From Candidatus Bathyarchaeia archaeon (GTDB lineage Archaea; Thermoproteota; Bathyarchaeia; Bathyarchaeales; Bathycorpusculaceae), in assembly GCA_050015395.1 (NCBI GenBank), contig JBEKBM010000004.1, forward strand, positions 1 to 64,000: a stretch of 64,000 bases of DNA. The letters run 5' to 3'. Shown here piece by piece: positions 19,013-26,895 of this stretch. The notes under the pieces were generated by a model, which was not told where the DNA came from, did no database searches, and saw only the letters and a list, made by a program, of their open reading frames with translations. Position numbers and translations under genes: made by a program. The stretch's first letter is position 1. The number at the start of each line of letters is the position of its first letter.

Positions 19013-19257
19013 GTGTTCTTCATCCATTTTATTTTCCAAAAGTTCACGAACGGCTGGGTCACTATCTTTTTTTGTTGTTGGAGTGGGCAGCTAATAGTAG
19101 GTAGGTCCTATAGGTAGCGGCGTTTTGAATCTGGGCTGTTTGCATTTGCTGTTTGTTGAATGGCATGTTGTAAATTGGTTTCCTTCTTTGGCTCGGGATT
19201 GTTTCTAAGGAGTTTTTTGCGTAATTTTAGGTATAAATGAATTTATACCAGTGAGCA

Positions 19258-19605
19258 ATGCTAAAAGTTATGCGCCCAATCGAAAAATACACAAACGAAA
19301 TACCCCAAGAAATCAGACAGCTAATAGCAGCACTCGACAATCCAATCCGACAAGCAATCCTCGTACTGCTGAGCGAATGCGGAGAACTATCCTTCACAGA
19401 AATCCAAAAAACCCTAAACCTAGACAAACTAACACTAAACTTCCACCTCAAAAAACTATTCTCCAGCGCTCTGATAGATCACTATTTCAAGCATAAACTG
19501 GGAAACCCAACCTATTCCTTCTACTGCATAACACCGCTTGGAAAACGTGTTCTTGCAAGTTTGAACGAAGCACTAATGCCACCGACCGACAAAAAAATAA
19601 GTTAA
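19258..19605 (+). CDS. ArsR-type winged-helix regulator
   Basis: ALDNPIRQAIL..L...GELSFTEI...LNFHLKKL...Y.ITPLG. Confidence 0.85.
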   Translation: MLKVMRPIEKYTNEIPQEIRQLIAALDNPIRQAILVLLSECGELSFTEIQKTLNLDKLTLNFHLKKLFSSALIDHYFKHKLGNPTYSFYCITPLGKRVLASLNEALMPPTDKKIS

Positions 19606-19730
19606 AACAACCTCAAAAAAATTAAGCTTAAATTGTTGCATGGGCAAGGATTTGAATCCACGGGCTTTTTATCCTACTTTATTTTTTTGGTAGGAAAATT
19701 TTTTAGGTAGGATTTTCTTTTATGGTTTGA

Positions 19731-19979
19731 GTGAAAATTATGCAAAAGTTGGATGGCAGCTTAGTGAAAGTTACGAGAAGAGGACAAACTACAATCCCTT
19801 TGAAGATCAGGCAGCAGTGCGGTATCAAAGAGGGTGACAAATTACTAGTAGAAGTCACAGAAAGAGGAATACTGTTCAAGCCTATACCGAAACTGCTGGA
19901 TATGGCTGGGTTCATGGCTGGGCATGGGACACCTGAGGAAATAAAGAAGGAAATCGATAAGCTTAGAGAAGAGTACTGA
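19731..19979 (+). CDS. AbrB/MazE family antitoxin
   Basis: KVTRRGQTTIPLKIRQQCGIKEGD. Confidence 0.9.
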   Translation: MKIMQKLDGSLVKVTRRGQTTIPLKIRQQCGIKEGDKLLVEVTERGILFKPIPKLLDMAGFMAGHGTPEEIKKEIDKLREEY

Positions 19980-19980
19980 C

Positions 19981-20379
19981 TTGAAAGAAGTCATTGACAC
20001 AAGATTCTTGGCAGAATACTCCAACAGCACTAGCCCAGACATAATAGAGAAAACACACCGAAAAATGGAAAACCTAATAGCAAAAAAAGACGGCATACTT
20101 CCCACCATAGTCATCGCCGAAATGGTACAGATCACCTGCGGAAGACTGGGAAAAGACATGGCTGGGAGTCTCTTTCAAGCTCTAATTCAAAGCGGATTGG
20201 AAATTCAGAGTTTGACGCCTCAGATCGCCCAGCAAGCGGGTTTATACAAGTGTATACACAAGAATTTGCCAATGGGGGACTGCATAATCGCAGCCACGGC
20301 GCTGCTGAATCATGCAAGAATACTCTCTGATGACCCGCACTTCGACAGCATAGACGAAGTCAAGCGAGTTTGGATTTAA
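19981..20379 (+). CDS. vapC: VapC family PIN toxin
   Basis: VIDT, AE, GDCIIAATA, LSDDPHF. Confidence 0.9.
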   Translation: MKEVIDTRFLAEYSNSTSPDIIEKTHRKMENLIAKKDGILPTIVIAEMVQITCGRLGKDMAGSLFQALIQSGLEIQSLTPQIAQQAGLYKCIHKNLPMGDCIIAATALLNHARILSDDPHFDSIDEVKRVWI

Positions 20380-20392
20380 TCAGTAGAACTAG

Positions 20393-20419
20393 TGGACTGG
20401 GCGGGATTTGAACCCGCGG
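20393..20419 (-). repeat. tRNA-Ala 3'-end fragment (att-like relic)
   Basis: minus strand CCGCGGGTTCAAATCCCGCCCAGTCCA; 26 nt identical to the spliced 3' end of the tRNA at 23170-23275; no 5' half upstream. Confidence 0.75.
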
Positions 20420-20547
20420 TTCCGCTTATCCCCCATGAACTGAGAGCGGATGCTGCTATCGTTTCAATGTCCATACTTTTTCGGTTTGTACTATATCGAG
20501 AATTGCTTAAAGAATAGTTGAGAAAATATTCTACCTGAATTTTACCA

Positions 20548-20771
20548 TCAACCGAGCAGTCTTAGAGTTGCATCAATGGAATCCAAGGTTTCTTGATATG
20601 CCCTTTTTCTCATCTCTGGGTCGTTCAAAGGCATTCTCAAACTCTCGATTTTAATCCAAGTCTCCATTATACTCTGAGATGTTTTAACGTCCAGTTTACG
20701 GATTAAATCTGGCTTCAAGTTCAGATACACGTCAATGAAAAAGGCTTTACGGATGTTTTCATTAGTTTTTA
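20548..20771 (-). pseudogene. 3' part of the gene interrupted by the IS
   Basis: KTNENIRKAFFIDVYLNLKPD... continues in frame from 21790-21996 once the IS and one TA are removed. Confidence 0.8.
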
Positions 20772-21789
20772 GGGGTGTGCAGAATTTAAGGTGCTTCTGA
20801 ATATTGTTCTTTTATGGAAGCCTGTGAGGTTGTCAGGCTTTTCGTCAACAAAGCAATAGTTCCAGCCGAGCCTAAAAGAAGAGGAAACCCTGGTTACGGA
20901 AGAGTCAAAGCACTTAGAGTTCTCGTCTACGCTAGGCTGAAAGGATTAGATAATGACACTCGAGCAGTTGAACATCTGAAAAAACATCCGTGGACAGCTA
21001 AAACTCTTGGATTAGACACTGTGCCAGACAGAACCACTGTTGGCAGATGGTGGAGACGCTACTTTAGCCTTCTAGAGGAGACTTTCATAAAGATAGCAGA
21101 TATACTTCAACTTGCTGTGCCAACAACAATCGCAGTTGTTGATTCAACACCGCTGGTGGATCTCTATGATATGGAAGCAGGTTGGGGCCATACGAGTAGG
21201 GGAAGGTTCAGAGGCTTTAAGCTTCATGCCGCCGTGAACCAAGTGGGCTTACCGTTGAGAGCGCTGGTTACGCCGGGTAACCGTTATGACGGACCGTTTC
21301 TTCCAAAACTGATTGAAGATCTAGAGGCTGATTACGTTTTGGCTGATGGGGCTTATAGTTCAAAGCAGAACTTCAAAGCGGTCAGAGCAATAGGCGCTAA
21401 ACCTGTCATTGCAGATAACCCTCGGAAAAAAGGAAAAGGTCGCAAAATTGAGTCTGGTGAGCTTTTAAGGAAAAAACGTTATGTAATCGAGCAGTTCAAC
21501 GGTCTTATCAAAGATAATGTTTTGGACGAGTGCTGGATTAGGCCAAGAGGTATTGTCAAGAAAGCCGCGATGGTTATGGCTGGGCTCATAAGCGTCGATG
21601 CCAACGCCATAGAAGCCATGGTTCAAGGCGAAAAGAGCCTGAAAACAGTGAGTAAGTACTGGGATTAACTGATAAGCTCAAATGGTACAGTTCAAGCCTC
21701 GAAATCTTGGCGATTCCCAGATTAACCCCAGCACCCGCTCACTAACTCATTTAGCAGGCAAACTATAAAAAAGAAATTGTGCACACTTC
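20772..21789 (+). mobile_element. IS5-like insertion sequence (~1,018 bp)
   Basis: imperfect TIRs GGGGTGTGCAGAATTT / GAAGTGTGCACAATTT (13/16), TA duplication at 20770-71 and 21790-91, single DDE transposase; family assignment is tentative. Confidence 0.85.
20814..21668 (+). CDS. DDE transposase (IS4/IS5 superfamily)
   Basis: PDRTT, VVDSTP, GFKLH, LADGAY, RYVIEQFNG catalytic motifs. Confidence 0.93.
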   Translation: MEACEVVRLFVNKAIVPAEPKRRGNPGYGRVKALRVLVYARLKGLDNDTRAVEHLKKHPWTAKTLGLDTVPDRTTVGRWWRRYFSLLEETFIKIADILQLAVPTTIAVVDSTPLVDLYDMEAGWGHTSRGRFRGFKLHAAVNQVGLPLRALVTPGNRYDGPFLPKLIEDLEADYVLADGAYSSKQNFKAVRAIGAKPVIADNPRKKGKGRKIESGELLRKKRYVIEQFNGLIKDNVLDECWIRPRGIVKKAAMVMAGLISVDANAIEAMVQGEKSLKTVSKYWD

Positions 21790-21996
21790 TATAGTTTTGA
21801 TATAAGACTCGATTTCTGGCTTAATCATCTCGAAGTTTTCTTTCATGCGGTTCTTCAGTTCTTTCTTTTCATTTTTGTTTTTCCAATTTTCCAAGCCCAC
21901 AGAGCCAATGAATCCTATGAAAGCTCCGAGAACAGCACCAACAGCCAACGTAACTAGGGTTTCAATCAATGATGGGCTTATGTCCAATCGGTTCAC
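21790..21996 (-). pseudogene. 5' part of the gene interrupted by the IS (N-terminal TM helix)
   Basis: ORF 21763-21996 reads into the IS end (EVCTISFL). Confidence 0.8.
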
Positions 21997-22001
21997 CCTC
22001 T

Positions 22002-22664
22002 TTATCGCTTAGCGGTCACCCAATTATATTCGTCAATGAGTCGGGTCATTGTTCTGTTTTGGTGTTGGCTTTTGAGTTCTTGTTCAATTACATCAATTGT
22101 TTTTCCCGTTTCTCTGTGATATTCACTGAGAATCAATAGAAACCCCTTTTGAGCATCCTTCAAAAACTCCAAGTACCCATTAGCTGAGTAATCTATATGG
22201 CGATTTAGCTTGTGATATTCTCTTTCGATAGCGTTATCCCACATGACAAAAATCTCTGGATTAAGCAGATGCAGAATCTTGGATAATGTTGTTGGGCTTC
22301 CAAGATAGGGAATTGAATCCAATTCTCCGTATATTTTCTTAATAGCATCAAAAACGGCTTTGTCCTCAAATAACCTTGGTGTAAGAAACCTTTTGTTTCT
22401 GAGTACTGTAAATTCGGGTTCCAACTTGCGTATTGAATCAGCTAATCTTTTCCAGTCAACGCCTTTCCTTCTTACTACTCTGTTCATTCCCCAACAGATA
22501 AGAAAAAGTTTCATGACTCTCTGAACGTGCTTAACATCGTCTAATCTACTCACGTCTTTCTGTACATCTTTTAGTCTTTCAATAGCGCCGAAATAGACTA
22601 ACTCGGTCAGTTCATATTCTTGTTCAAGGTCGGAAATAGTATCGACAAATTCCTTATAATGCAT
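22002..22664 (-). CDS. hypothetical protein with HhH-glycosylase-like motif
   Basis: IPYLGSPTTLSKILHLLNPEIFVMWDNAI; C-terminal TRLIDEYNW. Confidence 0.65.
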   Translation of the reverse strand: MHYKEFVDTISDLEQEYELTELVYFGAIERLKDVQKDVSRLDDVKHVQRVMKLFLICWGMNRVVRRKGVDWKRLADSIRKLEPEFTVLRNKRFLTPRLFEDKAVFDAIKKIYGELDSIPYLGSPTTLSKILHLLNPEIFVMWDNAIEREYHKLNRHIDYSANGYLEFLKDAQKGFLLILSEYHRETGKTIDVIEQELKSQHQNRTMTRLIDEYNWVTAKR

Positions 22665-22801
22665 CTTCCAATCCCCATTGCCATTACGCTTCTTTTGGGT
22701 TAATAATTTTTGGGCTATTGGGATACTTCCGAGTCTGCATAAAAATTTTTTTGATATAGCTTTTATCCAACTTTAGACGATTACTGAAATGAGGTGTATA
22801 T

Positions 22802-23020
22802 ATGAAAACAAGTTCACCAATTAAAAAGAAAGAATATTCGGGAAAGGGTAGTCTCAGGGACTTAAGTGTAGAAGGCGCAGTGAAAGAAGAATTCTTCAAT
22901 CCGACGTTCTTAAAGCTGAAAGAGAATGAATGTGTTGCAATTGTGCATCCAGATGGTAGTGTTGACCAAGTTTGCCGAATAGAGAAGCATTATGTAGCAA
23001 ATCCTTTACTCGAGAAGTAA
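22802..23020 (+). CDS. hypothetical protein
   Basis: 72-aa ORF with GAGGTG Shine-Dalgarno-like motif upstream. Confidence 0.45.
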   Translation: MKTSSPIKKKEYSGKGSLRDLSVEGAVKEEFFNPTFLKLKENECVAIVHPDGSVDQVCRIEKHYVANPLLEK

Positions 23021-23169
23021 CTCACTCGCCCAATCTTCACCCTCAAGGAAAAAGAGCACAAAAATAGACGAGGCGGGATTTGAACCCCGCATAAGAAGCT
23101 GTAATTGCTTTCTGTCGTTCTTTGATGCATAATGCTTAAATGTTTTCTGTTCGTGCTATGTGTGGCTGA

Positions 23170-23275
23170 GGGCTGGTAGATCAGTCTGGTATGATCGCCA
23201 CGTTGGCATCGTGGAGGTCGCGGGAAGCTCAGCATTAAATGGCTGTGCTCGCGAATTCAAATCCCGCCCAGTCCA
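23170..23275 (+). tRNA. tRNA-Ala(GGC) with a 31-nt intron at 53/54 (23225-23255)
   Basis: acceptor GGGCTGG/CCAGTCC-A; anticodon arm CCACG-TTGGCAT-CGTGG; T-arm GCGGG|TTCAAAT-CCCGC restored after splicing; BHB-like helix CGCG/CGCG with GGA and AAT bulges. Confidence 0.92.
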
Positions 23276-23551
23276 TTCTGCGGGTGAAGGGGAGATCCCT
23301 TCCCAGCCCATCCATAATTCTTGCTGTGTTTTATGGAAAAAAGTCGTTGCTTTTGCAAGCGTTTAAGAAATCCGTTTTTCTTAGTAAACATGAAAGACGG
23401 AGTAAACGTACTTTGTGAAAGAACACAGATGAATAAAAATACATGAAACTCTAAGTACCTCAAGCATAATCTCTTAGAGCTTTTTCAAGCAACAAAACAT
23501 CGTATAAACCTTATATGCACTAAACAACTATTGAAATACGGGTTGATTGGT

Positions 23552-23629
23552 TTGGCAGTAGATGCATCGAGAACAAAGAAACCGAAGCTTCCTAAAAAGC
23601 GGTTGCTAAAGAAAATAAGACAAAGATAA
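23552..23629 (+). CDS. putative 25-aa basic micro-protein
   Basis: (M)AVDASRTKKPKLPKKRLLKKIRQR with upstream CTTATAT TATA-like box and GGTTGA. Confidence 0.4.
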   Translation: MAVDASRTKKPKLPKKRLLKKIRQR

Positions 23630-23935
23630 ACCATTGGTAAGCTTCGAGTTTGCGCAAGCTTTTTAAAAATTGAGTTGAGAAGATGCCTTTTTTTAATTTT
23701 TTTAACTATGCGTTTTCGTAAATAACATACAAAGGCTCGTTTGAAAAGCTGGCTAACCTGTAGTGGTACTCTTTTTGGTAGTTAAATTACCAAGCAAGTG
23801 TATATTTGCTATGAAAATCATCAGTACAATGGAAAGAAATTTTCATGCCGCTTCTATGAACGCTTGCGTTATAAACTTTAGCTCTTGTTTTTTCTTCTTT
23901 AGTGCTTTTTTTCTACATCAAAAAACAGGCTTTTC

Positions 23936-24078
23936 TATGTTGAAAAGCACCGTTCTGCATGCAAAGTGCGCGGTCTTAGTTCTATGCACATCTATGTTGA
24001 ATCATATTTGGAGCCATTAGGATCATCTAGTAGACCGGGGGGTAGGCTGTTGCGCACACACAAATGCCCTAAGACAAA
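23936..24078 (-). repeat. dispersed non-coding repeat, copy B
   Basis: reverse complement aligns to 2078-2194 and 59841-59982. Confidence 0.85.
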
Positions 24079-24127
24079 TCATACCTTGATAGAAGTTATA
24101 TTAACCGAGCAAGCGCATTCTAAAACC

Positions 24128-24544
24128 ATGAACGCTTGCGTATTATACTTTTCAAGAACAGGAAACACCAAACGACTAGCACAAGCAATAGCCGACACAG
24201 CAAAAGCACCCATTTTTGACATGACATCAACTGAGCCTTCAGCCGTCGAAAACTTTGACCTCTTGATCATAGGCACCCCCGTTGAGGGTTCCAGACCTGC
24301 AAAGGAAACCTTAGCTTTCATAGAAAACATGCCTAAGAAAGAAGGCAAAAAAGCAATCCTCTTTTGCACTTGCCGCCTTTGGAAGGGCAGAACTTTTAAG
24401 ATTATGGAAAAAGAGTTAGACTGCAAAGGTTACGAAACAATATTGGGTGTTTCTAAGAAGGGGATGAAGCCGGATAAAGAAGCTGATTTTTCAGAGGTCC
24501 TTGCTGAAGTAAAGAAAGCATTGGAAAAGCCGCAAATACAATAA
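24128..24544 (+). CDS. flavodoxin family protein
   Basis: YFSRTGNT..LA..IA, DLLIIGTP; start moved to MNACV. Confidence 0.88.
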   Translation: MNACVLYFSRTGNTKRLAQAIADTAKAPIFDMTSTEPSAVENFDLLIIGTPVEGSRPAKETLAFIENMPKKEGKKAILFCTCRLWKGRTFKIMEKELDCKGYETILGVSKKGMKPDKEADFSEVLAEVKKALEKPQIQ

Positions 24545-24578
24545 AGTAAGTTAGCTCTAGCAAAGTTTGCATTTCTGG

Positions 24579-24992
24579 CTATCTTTTGTTGCTCAAATAA
24601 TCCTTAATCATTTTGTCATGTTCAAACGCTAGCGGATGCGGCAGCTCCTTTAAGCTGAAAAGCTGGATTTCTTGGATTTCGCTCTCTTGCCTTTTTATTT
24701 CTCCGCCAACCGTTTTAACAAGGAAACATGTAGGATAATACTCGTATTCCACGTCATCTTTTACTCCCTTCTCAACATACTCGCCTATTTGGCGAACCAC
24801 AGTTACGTCAAGACCTGTTTCCTCTTTAACCTCACGGACAATGGTTTGTTCAACGGTTTCGCCAGGATCCATTCTGCCGCCGGGCAAAGCCCAGTAACCC
24901 TTGAAGGGCACCGTATTCCTTTTAACAAGTAAAATCCTACCCGACGGAAACGGTATTATTGCAGTAGAGGTCTTGCCCGTGTACTTCTTCAT
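24579..24992 (-). CDS. NUDIX hydrolase
   Basis: WALPGG...GE......REVKEETGL Nudix box, LAFEH. Confidence 0.92.
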   Translation of the reverse strand: MKKYTGKTSTAIIPFPSGRILLVKRNTVPFKGYWALPGGRMDPGETVEQTIVREVKEETGLDVTVVRQIGEYVEKGVKDDVEYEYYPTCFLVKTVGGEIKRQESEIQEIQLFSLKELPHPLAFEHDKMIKDYLSNKR

Positions 24993-25070
24993 GTTTCAAC
25001 GCCAACTAACTATAGTATCAGACGCGAGGAACACAAATAAGTATTTTGAAATAGCCAAACAATAGTTTCG

Positions 25071-26702
25071 CTAAGCATGTGCCAAGCTACTGCTTAAAGC
25101 TTGGTATTCTCGGTCTGAAAGCCAGCCTTCGTGTTTTAGGTAAACTAAGCCTTTAGCTATATTGTCACGAATCGATTCTGTGTTCAAGAGATTGTTTTTT
25201 TCACCTAAATCTCTAATTTCGTTATCTAACAATCTGTCTTGTTTAGCAAGCACTTGGACTTTATCAATTAAAGCTGTTATTTCTTTGAACCGTGGAATAA
25301 ATAGCTCTTTAATTTTCGACCTGCCGAATGCACCCTTAAGTTTGGCAGCGAAACCGATGGCGCTTGTCATCGACGGAGGCAGAAAAATGTAGCGTTTAGT
25401 TAATCCTGCTTGATAGCAAGCAACGTAAAAGGGCACATAAAACAACGCTGGGCTCTTCAACTGTTGGTCTCTAATGCCTAGCATTTCAAACCTAGCGTTA
25501 ACTGTCTCTCCCAGTTTAATGGTGCCATTAAGTCCTTCAATTACGGGTTTTTCCTGTTTAATTAACTTCTCAGTTTTCTGCTTAAAGCCAAGCACTTTAG
25601 CATCACGGGCAGCTTCAAGGTCAAGTAAAGGCTGGCGAGCTAGCTTAATTTCAGCTTCAAGTTCAAGCTGTAGCTTGGATGTTTTTTTAGTTTTTTGTTT
25701 GTTTAGGTTTTTAATGCTGTTTTCTATTCGTTTTAGTTCTTTTTTTAGTCCATCGATTTCTTTTTTAGCTTGACGGCTTTTTTCTTTCCACGTCTTTTCA
25801 TAAATTAAATGTTTCTTTTGCGCTTGGGTCTTTGCTGCTCGGTTGAAAAGCTTGATTTTTTCTTCATTGCCCTCTACGAATTTTATTGTTTTTGCTTTTA
25901 GTTTTTCAAGGCTTTCAAGTTCTTCATCAAAGCTTCTGGTCACCTGTGCTATTTGGTGTTTGTATTCGCTGTTTAGCTTGGTGATTTGGGGGTTTACAAA
26001 TTCTTCTTGAGCTTTGATTTTAGCGTTCGCCTCGTCCCTTACCGCTTCTGTTACATAATCCAGTTCCGTTATGTATTGGCTGGTTGTTTTGTTTATGAGT
26101 CTTAGGCATTCTGAAAGCCTCTGGGCGTCTTCTCTGAGGAACGATTGTAACTTATTCATTTCAGTTAACATAGAAGAAATCGTTGCCTCTTCTAGGGTTG
26201 GAGCAAGCGGCGCTAACTTTGCAGGCTGACTCGTGACTTCTATGGCTTCTTTGCGGTAAACGCTGAATTCTTTTTTAAAATCCAAGCCAGCGATTAAGCC
26301 TCGCAGTAAGAATTCTTTCTCTTTCTTAGTCTGCTGAAAATAACTGTTATGGTCAGATAGAAAAGTCATGTAGTCTTCATGGGTTTTCGAGCTTCGCTCA
26401 AGGCTCTCCGCGAATGCTTTAGCACTGGGCAGATCAACGTAGTTCACTGAATAGCTAGAGTTGTTTAAGCCGTCGAAGATGTACGCGGTTTCGCTCTTAG
26501 GAAACAGCCACAGTGGATAACCTATTTTCGTTATGAATAAAAGTTTTTCTTCATGCTGCTTTACGATTAAGCCGCCGCCTTTTGCTTTCTCAAGCTCTGT
26601 AAGCGCGTAAACAGCAGCTGCCTCAGCGTCAAGGCTAAACAGTTCTCTACTTTTCCCTGGTGAAAAGGGCAAAATGAACCGTTTAACCGCAGAGTTTAAC
26701 AT
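25071..26702 (-). CDS. hypothetical long coiled-coil protein
   Basis: 543 aa; K/E-rich heptad core between two globular regions. Confidence 0.75.
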   Translation of the reverse strand: MLNSAVKRFILPFSPGKSRELFSLDAEAAAVYALTELEKAKGGGLIVKQHEEKLLFITKIGYPLWLFPKSETAYIFDGLNNSSYSVNYVDLPSAKAFAESLERSSKTHEDYMTFLSDHNSYFQQTKKEKEFLLRGLIAGLDFKKEFSVYRKEAIEVTSQPAKLAPLAPTLEEATISSMLTEMNKLQSFLREDAQRLSECLRLINKTTSQYITELDYVTEAVRDEANAKIKAQEEFVNPQITKLNSEYKHQIAQVTRSFDEELESLEKLKAKTIKFVEGNEEKIKLFNRAAKTQAQKKHLIYEKTWKEKSRQAKKEIDGLKKELKRIENSIKNLNKQKTKKTSKLQLELEAEIKLARQPLLDLEAARDAKVLGFKQKTEKLIKQEKPVIEGLNGTIKLGETVNARFEMLGIRDQQLKSPALFYVPFYVACYQAGLTKRYIFLPPSMTSAIGFAAKLKGAFGRSKIKELFIPRFKEITALIDKVQVLAKQDRLLDNEIRDLGEKNNLLNTESIRDNIAKGLVYLKHEGWLSDREYQALSSSLAHA

Positions 26703-26895
26703 TGAACGTCAGGTCAGAATATGAGGGTTTGCTTTTTTAAAATTTGTTATCAAAATAAGCTTGCCTTCTGCTGTTTATTGAGAAGTTGAAGGCTTGGGAA
26801 TATATCGGTTTTCGATTCATTGTTGCTTAGGAAATTTTGCTTATATTAAGCTTTACGACACTGCCATGTATCATAATAAAGAAGACGTGTGACAT

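Noticed and set aside
23966-24127. N-terminal extension of the flavodoxin ORF in the track
   Set aside because: It runs through repeat copy B; the flavodoxin motif starts at 24128.
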